Positions 42,598 to 56,429 of a DNA stretch of 64,000 nt are shown here, one piece after another. Position 1 is the stretch's first letter, and each line of letters opens with the position of its first letter. Where the stretch lies: assembly GCA_040954595.2 (NCBI GenBank), contig CM082598.2:7331097-7395096 (forward strand), read 5' to 3'. The notes below the pieces were generated by a model, which was given only the letters and a program-made list of their open reading frames with translations, did not search any database and was not told where the DNA came from. This stretch comes from Balanoglossus misakiensis. Its lineage: Eukaryota; Animalia; Hemichordata. Position numbers and translations under genes: made by a program.

Positions 42598-44162
42598 AGG
42601 GCGAGGCTCGTCACCTATGAACCTGTGAGGGCGCCCTTGCGTGGGACTCTCTGGCAACGCGACTGGGGCCTCTCTAGCAACGCGACTGGGGCCTCTCTAG
42701 CAACGCGACGTGCGATGAGCTCAGAAATCCCATAATTATGTGCAAATGACGAATAACTCTTAGACTATGATCACCATTCAAATTCCGAATTTACAGCAGA
42801 AATTTCAGTGCCGAAAGCCTTTCTGATTTTTTGTGAGAGAAGGCTGTGTACCGCATGATGTCAAGCACTTATGTCCAGTCTCTGCAGCACGCAATCGCTT
42901 TGAACAGCGTTTGGAGACAACAACACAAGCGACAGAAACAGCCGTACGGCCCACAACAGATAGGTGAGTGTCTGTGACAGTTGAGAGGTTCGTCCGTCAC
43001 TTGTCTGTGTACTACCGGTAAAAGTAGGCCCCTACATTGAAGCTACTCACTGTAACAACTATGTTGTAGCCCTCCTGTGTTCCAGAATTCACGCGGCCTC
43101 CCGTCATTACACGATGGAGGCTGTACAATGCCGGGTTATGTGTGACGCTGCCCAGGAACGCACATCACTGTACGCAAGGCTAGTGTTGGACAATGTCCTT
43201 GTATGGCTTCGTCATATAATTTTTTTTTTTTATCGAGGACATTCTCTAAGTTTTTATGATATTAGGTCATGCTGATATATTTTTCTCGATCTTTGTTTCA
43301 GATCAATCTGTCACAAGTCACAATTCAACTTGAAGCTAACATTGGAAAGATGCGTCTCCAGCCCCTGTTGAAATTTCCACTGTTATATAGTTGAACTACA
43401 TGTAATTATTAGACTAAGCAAATAAAACTGTGTTTATGTTAGGGTAATTCGTATAACAAGTGTCTGATTCACTTTTTTGTACGGATGTGTGTAGTGTATG
43501 AACTTGATTAACAAATACATATGTACCGTTCTTGGTGGATTGGCTGGGTCAGTGCAGCTGACGCGCGCAGAACACCGGGCGGCTTCTAAGCTGGGCCCGG
43601 AAGAGAGAACAAACATTGCCGTGTACGATAATAAGCCTCGCGCTCGTGGGGGAAGACTGCGATGAAAGCAAATTTTATGAAGATGTACACATTACCAGTC
43701 ACAGTCATCGACTGTGTACCAGTATATACGGTGTTCGACGGGAAGGACTTTGTAATCAACCGAGAAGAAAACTGCTCGGATTGGCAGCGATAATTGTTAG
43801 CGATTGCTCAGGTACGGATATAGGCCTACAAATAGGCGGTCAGATCAGCGATGATTTACGGCAGCTAAAACACATAAGTGTACTGTAACTGTACCCGACC
43901 GATCTTTGGGCAGTCATTTCGACTAGAATTTCCGTCTCTGAATCAAAACTCGTGGACCGATAACCGTTACCGAGCACACCTCATCCATACGGGACGACCA
44001 AACGCTCCAAAACGCCTCACAACTTGTACAACGGCCCCTTTTTGGACTTTATGCGAGAGAAACCACGGCCATCTTTATCTAGCTCGCACACAGGTTCTGC
44101 AGTGCATTGTGGGTAAAAGTAATGTTTATCAACAAAGGCTATTTCGGGACGATACCCGCCTT
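42598..44162. mobile_element. 1.56-kb TTAA-flanked element (Kolobok-like)
   Basis: TTAA|agggcgaggctcgtc...gacgatacccgcctt|TTAA. Empty site gcattaaatatt at ~39364 and ~54448. Confidence 0.7.
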
Positions 44163-45779
44163 TTAAATATTATATGGTTTAATTGTTGCAGAAAATGACA
44201 ACTTTAAAGGTTCAGTGCAATGTGTATTTTACTGCACGCAGAGAAACTTTGTGAGCACGCAAATAAAACATTTCCATTTTGAGCAGTGCATCTAGCAATG
44301 AACCCTGTGCATATACCAATAATTTTGCCGATCAATTTGAATGATTGCATTTTCGATTCAATATTTTTGTTTCTGTTCTTTTTTATAATTGTGTCCTTCA
44401 AACCTGCCATTTAGTCTGCTGTGTAAAGTAAAAATTTGGTATGCATGTTCCCAAGCAATCTTACAAGCGGTTTTACAGGAAAAAAATGATCAAAAAAACT
44501 AAACTTGCTCCAAAATTATAAAAATTTCAAAGCAATCTTACAAGGGGTTTTACAGAAAAAAATAATCAAAAAGGGAAAAATTGCTCCAAAATTATAAATA
44601 TGCAAATTTTGCAGAAATTTAAACAAAACTTTGGTACTCAGATCACTATGGCGCTCAAATGGGGCCAAAATTCAAATCGCAATCTCACTCGAATCAAATC
44701 GCAATTTCACTCGACTCAAATCGCAATTTGACTCAAATCGCAATTTCACTCGACTCATATGGCAATTTGACTCAAATCGCAATTTCACTAGACTCAATCC
44801 AGGTCACCTAGCATACTACCAGGAAATATGTGTTGAAAATGAGAGCAGTTGAAAATGAATGTGTGTATTCATGAAATGACTTGTCAGAATTCCAGTGGTC
44901 ACTGATCAGGTTCTTAAAGGGGGTCGTACTCGTAATGGTTCTAGTCTACGAAAATGGCTACAGGTACGGAGTTTGTGCGTAAACTACGTGTCGGAAAGTT
45001 TGCCCACGATATTTCGACATTTGGACGTTCAAAGATTTTAGAGAAGATTTGGCGTCTAGGTGTATGAGTCTTGCCGAACTTTTATCACAGTTACATTATG
45101 TTTGAATGTGCGATGAGCGTGTTGTTCAGGTTGTGGTGGAGGCTCACCATGCACTCGAGCAACTTGTAAGTATCTTCACCCGCGCCCGCCGATGTCAATG
45201 GAATTATTAATATTACACAATTTTTGTTCCATGTTTTCATGTTAGCTTTTGGAGACAAGCTTTTGGAGACATTCATGTGATAGAAATGACTACTTTAAAC
45301 TTTACTAATGCAATGTCAAGTTAATTATTTTTTTTCATATTAGTGAAACACATAACTTAAGTTTTGTGAGCCAAACTTAACTTCACAATTGTGCCTTCTT
45401 CATTCTGTCAAGATTTAATTAATCCGCATTAATTGTAGAGTTATCGAGTCAATCAGAGCAATTAGCCCACATTCCGGGAGCCCAAACTTTAGACTATCAG
45501 CAGTCATCACTCCCCAGGCACGAAGGCACCTCATCTATGTGAGCTGGGGCACAGAAGACGCGATCAGAACAGAAAGAACTTTGCACCGTTTAGTTGTATG
45601 CAAAACTTGGCCAAATCAGCGAAGGCGGTTTTCAAGTCTTTCCAGCAAGCTTCTTTGTTTGATAGAACTAGGTCAAAATGGACTTTATCTATCTACAGAA
45701 ATATCTCTTCAGTTACCCTGTTTGACTCTATATTAACTTATTGCATCAAAATATCGCAATGCTCAGGTACATGGCTTAA

Positions 45780-46125
45780 AGGGACAAAGTCCCTCCCTCG
45801 CTGCCCTTTTACCATTAATTATGTTTGATACAAGACACCATTCATGTTATTCTACATGTGGATTTATAGTGAATCAACGTTCGACCACACACAACTTCCA
45901 TTCCACTTGTAGACATGAGAGTGAAAAAACTCGCCCAAATGAATAATCAGTGTTTACCGTTTATTCATTTTGCCGAGATTTTTACTCTCATATCCTACAA
46001 ACGGGATGAAAGTTGTGTGTTCGAACGTTAATTCACTATATATTCACATGTAGAATATCCTAAACGCTGTCTTCTATCAAACATAATTAATAGAAAAAGG
46101 GCAGCGAGAGAGAGACTTTGTCCCC
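45780..46125. mobile_element. Palindromic TTAA MITE, same family as 9059-9411
   Basis: TTAA|agggacaaagtc...gactttgtcccc|TTAA. Confidence 0.8.
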
Positions 46126-47978
46126 TTAATTGCCTGGACAAGCAGGCTTCATAGGGGTGGACTGGATGAGGCAATGAAAATTAATTTTTGGTCAGATTGT
46201 CTTCACAGATTTACTACATGTGTCAACTTGAGGTCAACGTTCATGAGCAACAAACATTGTAAACAATCTTGAATTGAGTTTAAGAACTGGTTTGGATGTA
46301 AATGACTATAATACTGTATGACAGCACCCAAACAGTTTATTGGATTATATTGGAGAAATCTCGGGGATGAACTATATAAAGCCGTACACAATTAGTCGTA
46401 TTTAATTGCCAATATCCAATTTAGGTCACAATACACTTGAATGTAGATGCTAAATTTGCATGTTGGGATTGGAAATTTACTTCGCCCATGCAGTCAAATT
46501 TAGATAACGAGATAAAATTTCCTCGTTGTTTGTGATGTAGCCCTTATCATCAGGACAGGTACGGTCCCCTTTGACCATAATGCCCTGACCATATCATCGA
46601 TCGCCTCATGGTATCACACAGATAAACACACACAATTTTAAGAGGTTTCCGAGGGTACTCCATTCTAAACCATTTTTTTCATGATAGAGATGCCAAAACG
46701 TTGACAATGGCAGAAATGCTGAAAGCCTGTTTCCAAACATTCTTTGAGAAATTGTGTTAAGGATGTACATCAGTAAAATTGAAAGTATTCTTTTTTCTCT
46801 TAATTGTACATTTTTGGCGTCTCCTTAAATTATAAGCATTAAACTAGTCTAAAAGTGAAAGAAATACATTTTGAAAAAAATATCAGACAGCATTCAATAT
46901 CAGCTGAAGTGTTTCGATAAAAAGTTCTCCATTTTCAAGTATATAGGTAATGTCATGTGCTGACTATAGTAGTGTAGGTGTTAGCAAAAAAATACATGAA
47001 TTGTTCAAACAGAAAGTTCAATCATTTAGTTTCCCCAGTTGATGGGAGCATAGCAGTTGTGAACATAGTATATGAAATAATTTAAAATAGTCATTGCTCT
47101 CTGGTCCATCATTTTCGGTAGAAGTGACCTGATTTCACATCAATAGTTTACCACCCGTCATTTCCTGCTAATTTCATGTAGTTCAAAACTCCTATACAAC
47201 AAAATGACATTTCTAGAACCTTTTTTTGCTGGTTGGGCCCACAGACTAACACTAGTGGTTCTAAAAAGAAACTTCCATAACAACCTGTACACTTGACGCG
47301 TTCAAGTCAAAGCAGACCTAACCCATTCAAAATATGCAAATTAGGAAAAGACGCATACATGCATTCTTTGCGTCCCCAGAGACACACACAGGAAATCAAG
47401 CGAGTACGGCCACTAGCTGGAAGAGCTGAATTCAATGCATTGCCTTGCGATGTTCATGATACAGGGGGTGATGTTCAATAAACAGAACAACGGTCCAATT
47501 TCACGCTTTGTAGTGCACGGTGATACTGAGCACTGATAATGGCAAAACAAACGACGATGTTAGATAGCAGTGCTTCACAAGTTTGGCTAATTTGTATGAT
47601 AATCGTCTTGCCAAACACTTTTTCTCGCATTTGCGATTTGGTGAGCGGGTAGCGAAAACACTGCTGGCTAATCCGTTCCGATTTCTGTCACTGTTCCAAT
47701 TCTTCCTCAACACCTCAAAGCTACTCACCACCGCCAAAAACATACATGTAAAGCTACACACCCCTACCAGAAAATGGTATGCATTCTTGAAAGGTTGACG
47801 GACGGAAGTTGACACTGATGCCCCATTCGAAAGACTCGTCCGTGTAAACACTTCGGAGCCAAAAAAAAACATGTGATAACATAAAGGTTTCACCACGCTT
47901 GTTTTTGAAATACAAGACTGTGAATGAGTCAGCATTTTTCACCAATGGTTTGTCTATGGGCAAAAAACATTTACTTAC

Positions 47979-48137
47979 ATATAATCCCATGATATCTTTC
48001 TTTGTTTGACGTCATCGTATACGAGTGGTTTTCGCGGAGCAGTGCAACTTCGAGCCACAGGCGAGAAGTTGTACGCTTCCGCGAAAACCACGAGTATACG
48101 ATGACGTTAAACAAAGAAAGATATTATGGGATTATAT
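47979..48137. repeat. ~160-bp near-perfect hairpin (head of a truncated hairpin-headed element)
   Basis: atataatcccatgatatctttctttgttt...aaacaaagaaagatattatgggattatat, centre cgagccacaggcgag. Confidence 0.85.
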
Positions 48138-48250
48138 ATTTATCACATGAACAGTCTTCTTATTTTTCGTTAGAAGAGGCAGGACTAAAAAAAATCCAGT
48201 ATCATCGATCGCCTCATGGTATCACACAGATACTCCATTCAAAATTAGTT

Positions 48251-49003
48251 TTTAGCTCTGCTGTCACTTGTAAGAGCCGAGCTGTAGCAGTAGGTTGATA
48301 ATTGTCCGTCCGTCGTCCGTCCGTCCGTCGTCCGTCGTGTCCGTCATCCGTCAACTTTTGGTATTTCAATCTTCTTCTTTAAAACAACTCGGCATAGTTA
48401 GCTGAAATTTGGTTGGAATGTGTGTTATGGTGCCCTTAACTGATTTTGTTAATTTGGATTTGATGAGGTCATGAATATGCAAATTTGATCTAAAAATAGA
48501 AGTTTTGGTAAAAATCTTCTTCTCCACAACTACATGTACAATGGAGCTGAAATATGGTAGGAATGTGTGTTATGGTGCCCCTACATGATTTTGTAAATTT
48601 GGATTTGATTGGGTCATGAATATGCAAATTGGATCTAAAAATAGAATTTTGGGTCAATAATCTTCTTCTCCCTAACTACATGTACGATGGAGCTGAAATT
48701 TGGTAGGAATGTGTGTTATGGTGCCCCTACCTGATTTTGTTAATTGGAATTTTGATGGGGTCATGAATATGCAAATTAGAACCTTGGTGCTTCCTTTTGA
48801 TGTTGTTCTTTAGGATTCAATTCTTTCTTTCTTTAGCACAATGAATCAAGCTGAATTTGGATAAATACTTGTGATGTCTATGTTTGGTTTTGTTCAATAG
48901 AATACAATTGTTATGAATTAAAACCTAGTGTATTTATATCATTGCCCAGGTCACACTGACTGTTAAAGTCAGCAGAGCTCTTATGACCGATAGGTCACTT
49001 GTT
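48251..49003 (+). mobile_element. Helentron-associated (HINE/DINE/pearl-like) non-autonomous element
   Basis: Starts tttagctctgctg, has a (GTCC)n microsatellite, ~3 internal ~120-bp repeats, sub-terminal IR cagcagagct and 3' palindrome tgaccgataggtca, and ends cttgttt in a T-run. Confidence 0.75.
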
Positions 49004-50969
49004 TCATGATCTTTAGAGATGGCAAAGATGCTATAAGCCTGTTACCAAACATTCTTTGAAAAATCGTGTTAAGGTGGCATTGCATGAACAGTTGTCATTT
49101 CTGCCAAATTTTAGTTTTTTTACATAAATCGGTAGGTCTAATACTGATCCACATTCTGACAAATGCGTACCGCGTCTTGGCGGAAATGGTGCATAATCAA
49201 CCAAAAATAGCACTGAATGAGTCCACAGCTTAAGAAATAGGTGTCAACAATGCAAATTGCTGTTTTTCTCAGTTTGCATTTTCGCTGCTCTTGACAACAT
49301 CAGAAAAATTTAGCTTCGCTCTGCGTTGGCAGAATTTGCTCAAATTTTAACAGGGGATTGTGTATGACCCATCTAACAAAACGAAAAAAAAAGTAGTAGT
49401 CTATAAAGTGTCCCTGGCGGGAATAAACTCTGATTCAATACAACTCATTTGATCAAATTTTCTAAAAATCTAACTTTCAAACACTGTTACTCCTCAATGG
49501 AAACAGATAACGCAATCAATTTTTTTTTGCACGTGTACTAGACTAGTTTCGAATGACATATTAAGATGCATGGTCAACTTTTTACCTAATTTCAATTGAA
49601 TGACATTATATCAAATAACCCCAAAACACCACCATTTCCAGGGGTCAATAAAATGTGCAATTCAAACAAAAGTTCAAAAACTCTGAAAAAGTCTTGACGG
49701 TTTCGTGCATGCCGCCTTAAGGATGAACGATAAGTAAAATTGAACGTATTGTCATTTTTGGTTTCTCCTTGATAAGCATAAACAAAAATCTGTGATAAAA
49801 TATAGGTTTGTTTTTGAAATACAAGGCTATGAATGAGTCAGCATTTTTCATCAATTGTTTGTCTATGGGCAAAACATTTAATGAAGTTTATCTCAAAATA
49901 GAGCGCGGTGACCACACGATTTTTTTTGACCAATGAATTTATTTTTACTTGACTGAATATGTGTATAATTTTGTGAAAATGACAATAGTAGAAGTGAGCT
50001 TTTCTAGCGATTCTCAATGTAATCCTTTGTAGGAAAAGACAAATGCATAGTAATTCGCACAGTTAACAAGTTAACGTTCTGCACGTACATCCTTAAGGTG
50101 GCATTGCATGAAAAGTTGTGATTTTTGCCAAATTGTACTTTTTTCACATAAATTGGTAGGTCTAATACTGACCCATATTCTGACAAATGCGTTTTGGTGG
50201 AAATGGTACATAATCACCCAAAAATATCACTTTCCTGAATGAGTCCGCAGCTTAAGAAATAGGTGTCAACAATGCAAATTGCCGTTTTTCTGAGTTTGTA
50301 TTTTCGCCGCTTTTGACAACTTCAGAAGAATTTAGCTTCACTCCGCGTTGGCCGAATTTGCTCAAATTTTAACAGGGATTGTGTATGACCCATCTAACAA
50401 TACGAAAAAAAATTAGTCGATAAAGTGTCCCTGGCGGGAATAAACTATGATTCAATACAACTCACCGTGAATTTGATCCAATTAGTTTCTTAAAATCTAA
50501 CTTTCAAACGCTGTTACTCCTGGAAGCAGATAACGCAAAACTAAATTTTCGTTTTTTAGCACGTGTACTCTAGTTTCGAATGACATATTAAGATGCATGA
50601 TGCATGGTCAATGTTTTTACCTAATTTCAATTGAATGACATAATATCAAAAACATGTTTTTAACCCCAAAACACCACCATTTCCAGGGGTCAATAAAATG
50701 TGCAATTCAAACAAAAGTTCAAAAGTACAGCTTCGAGAATATGTATGGTTTATAGGGGTTTTGACGTTGTCTTTATGAGAAATAGGCCTCTGAAAAAGTC
50801 TTGACGGTTTCGTGCAATGCCACCTTAAGAGGGAAATCTATAGCAAATTTGAGGGTTAAATTATCAGAGGGAACACAGGTATCTTCCACTCTGCCCCCCC
50901 CCCCCCAAAAAAAAAGCTCTGATCGTACAGTCGCCTATTGGTATCATCCAAACGCAGTGACGTTTAAGT

Positions 50970-53900
50970 AGTCCTGTTTCATAAGTCAGGTCCATGACAT
51001 ATGTACCGACATCTGTGATTGGTCCATCTGGTAATCTTAGGTCCACTTGAGGCACGCTGATTGGAGGGACCTTATGTGTTAGGTCTTATTATTATGTATT
51101 ATTCACTTTACAGCTCCCTGATTGGTTAATGTGTAGGTCTGGTCCTCCAGTGTTCACTGCCTCATTATGCAGGACCTTGTAGGTTAGGTCTTATTAACAT
51201 GTATGTATTCAATTTTCAGCTCCCTGATTGGTTAATGTGTAGGTCTCAAATTTTCACTGCCTAGTCTTTTGTACTTTCTGAATACAGTTGTCGTATTCTG
51301 TCTGCCATGCTGCCTGCGCGTTGTCGAAGCTCGATCCCAGTGTATAAAGAAAGGCACTCATATAATGATTGGATTTCACCTTTTCCTTCACTATTCATGG
51401 CATTTTATGTGATACTGTGACCTAGATACTCGAAATAAAAATTGCCAGGAGAAATTTCGCATTTATTTCCAGTGGCGGTTTGTTGAAATGGGCTAGTGTT
51501 TTGTTACGTAATGCCTTTCAGGGCATCACTTCGTGTAACACCTGGCTGAATACGAAGTGTGTGCTATTCATTCGAGCAAACCAAAAATATCTTACAATAG
51601 AAATGTTTAGAATAGCATTGCATTTCTTTAATTGGGATACCTCATTAGTTGCTTTACAGGTATGATTACTTTTATTGTACTACTTTCACGAAGCTGCACC
51701 GTCATAGTTCCATTTTTATGAAAACAGTATACGAATGTATAAACGGACAACGTACTCCTTATCACAACATCTTTGTCAAAACAAATTTACTTTAAAATAG
51801 TAAAACAACAATAATAATATTGATGATGAGAAGTAGGAGGGTGATTAAAAAAATATACAACTGTTAGCAAAAATGCTTAGATGAGTTAATCAGATTTTCA
51901 AAGTCCATCTAAAAATCATTGAATCTTTCCAGGGTGTGGTTTATGTTGGAGATAGTATCAGTCAGGCTATTTCTCAGAAAATCAATGAATGATCTGCGGA
52001 CATCCCGAATAATGTGTTACCACAACGCTAGCGAGGAAGCACATGGGACATTTCACAATGAGGCAGTGAACACTGGGAAACCAGACTGACACGTTAACCA
52101 ATCAGAGAGCTGTATGGTGAATAAATACATTTTAATAAGACCTAACCTACAAGGTCCTGTATAATGAGGCAGTGAACACATGGGGGACCAGACTGACACG
52201 TTAACCAATCAGGGAGCTGTAAAGTGAATAATGCATAGTAATAAGACCTAACAAGGTCTAGTGAATAATACATAGCACTAGTCCTGTTTCATAAGTCAGG
52301 TCCATGACATATGTACCGACATCTGTGATTGGTCCATCTGGTAATCTTAGGTCCACTTGCGGCACGCTGATTGGAGGGACCTTATGTGTTAGGTCTTATT
52401 ATTATGTATTATTCACTAGACCTTGTAGGTTAGGTCTTATTACTATGTATTATTCGCTTTACAGCTCCCTGATTGGTTAATGTGTAGGTCTGGTCCTCCA
52501 GTGTTCACTGCCTCATTATGCAGGACCTTGTAGGTTAGGTCTTATTAATATGTATTTATTCAATTTTCAGCTCCCTGATTGGTTAATGTGTAGGTCTCCA
52601 GATTTCACTGCCTCGTTATGCAAAGTCTTTTGTACTTTCTGAATACTGTTGTCGTATTCTGTCTGGCATGCTGCCTGCGCGTGGTCGAAGCTCGATCCCA
52701 ATGTATAAAGAAAGGCACTCATACAATGATTGGATTTCACCTTTTCCTTCACTATTCATGGCATTTTATGTGATACTGTGAACTAGATACTCGAAATAAA
52801 AATTGCCAGGAGAAATTTAGTATTTTATTTCCAGGGGCGGTTTGTTGAAATGGGCTAGTGTTTTGTTACATAATGTCTTTCAGCGCATCACTTCGTGTAA
52901 CACCTGGCTGAATACGAAGTGTGTGCTATTCATTCGAGCAAACCAAAAATATCTTACAATAGAATTGTTTAGAATAGCATTGCATTTCTTTGGGATACCT
53001 CATTAGTTGCTTTGCAGGTATGATAACTTTTATTGTACTTCTTTCACGAAGCTGCACCGTCATAGTTCCATTTTTATGAAAACAATATAGGAATGTATTT
53101 ATAAACGGACAACGTGGTCCTTATCACAACATCTTCGTCAAAACAAATTTACTTTAAACTAGTAATAACAACAATAATAAAATTGATGATGAGAAGTAGG
53201 AGGGTGATTAAAAAAATATACAACTGTTAGCAAAAATGCTTAGATGAGTAAATCAGATTTTCAAAGTCCATCTAAATGATCATTTAATCTTTCCAGGGTG
53301 CGGTTTATGTTGGACATAGTATCAGTCAGGCTATTTCTCAGAAAATCAATGAACGATCTGCGGACAAACCGAATAATGTGTTACCACAACGCTAGCCAGG
53401 AAGCACATGGGACATTTCACAATGAGGCAGTGAACACTGGGGGGACCAGACTGACACGTTAACCAATCAGGGAGCTGTATGGTGAATAAATGCATATTAA
53501 TAAGACCTAACCTACAAGGTCCTGCATAATGAGGCAGTGAACACTGGAGGACCAGACCTACACAATAACCAATCAGGGAGCTGTAAAGTGAATAATACAT
53601 AGTAATAAGACCTAACCTACAAGGTCCTGTATAACGAGGCAGTGAACACATGGGGGACCAGACTGACACGTTAACCAATCAGGGAGCTGTTAAGTGAATA
53701 ATGCATAGTAATAAGACCTAACCTACAAGGTCTAGTGAATAATACATAGTAATAAGACCTAACCTACAAGGTCCCTCCAATCAGCGTGCCGCAAGTGGAC
53801 CTTAGAGAAGCGGATAAACCAATCAGAACATGCAATACATGTGTATAGGACGTGTAATGTTGGTCATTTTGAAACAGGACTACTAAGACCTAACCTGCAA

Positions 53901-54012
53901 GGTCCCTCCAATCAGCGTGCCGCAAGTGGACCTTAGAGAAGCGGATAAACCAATCAAAACATGCAATACATGTGTATAGGACGTGTAATGTAGGTCATTT
54001 TGAAACAGGACT
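50970..54012 (+). mobile_element. Foldback-type non-autonomous TIR element (outer copy), 3-bp TSD AGT
   Basis: AGT|agtcctgtttca...tgaaacaggact|AGT with ~110-bp sub-terminal repeats in inverted orientation at both ends. Empty site aagtgagac at ~37193 and ~38918. Confidence 0.8.
52280..53881 (+). mobile_element. Second copy of the same element nested inside the first, TSD ACT
   Basis: ACT|agtcctgtttca...tgaaacaggact|ACT. The outer copy resumes at 53885 (aagacctaacc). Confidence 0.8.
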
Positions 54013-56429
54013 AGTGAGACAAGAACGTGTCGGAACAAATTGTATTTTTAGACCAAAGCACAATCTTTGATTAATGTGCGTATAACATCACAACACCATG
54101 GCCACACCCACTCCTTTGAGTGACATCTTGATTAACTCAAAAATCATCGATTCATGTTGATTTGTTTTTTTCTGTGCAGTATCGAGCGACGACATCGACA
54201 AAACAGTCAGGGTGTTACGCCCAAAGTGGAACTAATCGCTTCCACGTAGAAGAAGAGATACGTGCGATTATGGACGTCGTTCATGGTGGGACTAATACAT
54301 GTACATAGACTGGAGCTTTATGGTAAAATGAGGCTAAAAGTTTGTTTCTATGTAGAACAGAAAATGAGATACTGACTGGATTTCAAATCAATACCATAGA
54401 AAATGAAAATATAAATGACTTATGTGATATGATTCCATAAATTGTTTGCATTAAATATTATGGTTTCATTGTTGCAAACAAATTACAAATTTTGAGGTTC
54501 AGTGCTGTATTGTACTGCACGCAAAGAACCCTGTGCATATACCAATAATTGTGCCGATCAATTTGTATGATCGCATTTTCTATTCAATATTTTTGTTTCT
54601 GTTCTGTTTAATAATTGTGTCCTTCAAACCTGCCATTTAGTCTGCTGTGTAAAACATTAGCAATGGTTTATTTCCTTTGCCAGTGTTGAAAGAATCTTCA
54701 CCCGCGCCCGCCGATGTCAATGGAATTATAAATACTACACAATTCTCATTGCATGTTTTCATGTTAGCTTTTGGAGACATTCATGTGATAGAAATGACTA
54801 CTTTAAAATTTAGTAATGCAATGTCACGTTAATTTTTTTCATAAATAGTGAAACATATAACTGAAGTTTTGTGGGCCAAACTTCCTTCATAATTGTGCCT
54901 TTTTCGTTCTGTCAAGATTTAATTAATCCACATTAATTGTAGTGTTATCGAGTCAGTCAGAGCAATTAGCACTTTTCCCATGAACCCACGCTTTTAGACT
55001 ATCAGCACTCATCACTCCCCAGGCACGAAGGCACCTCATCTATGTGAGCTGGGGCACTGAAGACCCGAGCTGAACAGAAACAACTTTGCACAGTTTATAG
55101 TACGCAAAACTTGGCCAAAACAGCACAGGTGGTTTTCAAGTCTGTCCAGCAATCCTCTTTGTTTGATACAACTAGGTCAAAATGGACTACATCTATCTAC
55201 AGAAATATCTCTTCAATTACCCTGTTTGACTCTAAAGCTTGTTGCTTCAAAGTATCAGGTATATATGGCTTTCTTGCCTGGACAAACAGGCTTCATACGG
55301 ATGGACTGGATAAGGCAATAAGGTTAATTTTCGGTCAGATTGTCTCCACTGATTTACTTCATGTTTCAACTTGAGGTCAAAGTTCATGAGCAACAAACAG
55401 TGTAAACAATATTGAATTTGAGTTTTAGAACTGTTTTGGATGTAAATGACTATAATACTGTATGACAGCACCCAAACAGTTCGGTTTATTGGATTATATT
55501 GGAGAAATCTCGGGGATGAACTATAAAGCTATAAACTTTTAGTCGTATTTAATTGCCAATTTCCAATTAAGGTCACAATACACTTGAATATAGATGCTAA
55601 ATTTTCATGTTTGGATTGGAAATTTAATTCGCCCTTGCAGTCAAATTTAGATAACGAGATACAATTTTATCATTGTTTGTGATGTAGCCCTTATCAGAAA
55701 GGTCATAATGCCCTGACCATATCATCAGGACAGGTACGGTCCCCTTTGGCCATAATGCCCTGACCATATCATCGATCGCCTCATGGTATCACACAGATAA
55801 ACACACAAACTTTTAAGTGGTTTCCGAGGGTACTCCATTCAAAAATATTTTTTCATGATCTTTAGAGATGGCAAAACGCCTGTTACCAAACATTCTTTGA
55901 GAAATTTTGTTAAGGATGTACGATCAGTAAAATTGAATGTATTGTCATTTCTTTTAATTGAAGATTTTTGGTTTCTCCTTAAATTGTAAGCATTACAAAA
56001 AATGTGATAACATATAGGTTTCACCGCCCTTGTTTTCGAAATACAAGACTGTGAATGAGTCAGCATTTTTCACCAACATTTGTCTACAAAGTTTATCTCA
56101 AAAGAGAGCGCGGTGACCACACGATTTTATTTGACCACTGAATTTACTTTTACTTGACTGACTATGTGTATAATTTCGTGAAAATGACAATAGTAGAAGT
56201 GAGTTTTTGTAGCGATTCTCAATGTAATCATTTATGAGAAAAGACAAATTCATACTAATTTACACAGTTTACAAGTTTATGTTCTGCACGTACATCCTTA
56301 AGACGGGAATCTATACCAACCTTTGGGTTAAATTATCAGAGAGAACACAGGTATCTTTCACTCTGGCCAAAATAAACTCTGATCGTACCATCGCCTCTTG
56401 GTATCATCAGAACGCAGTGACGTCTAAGT

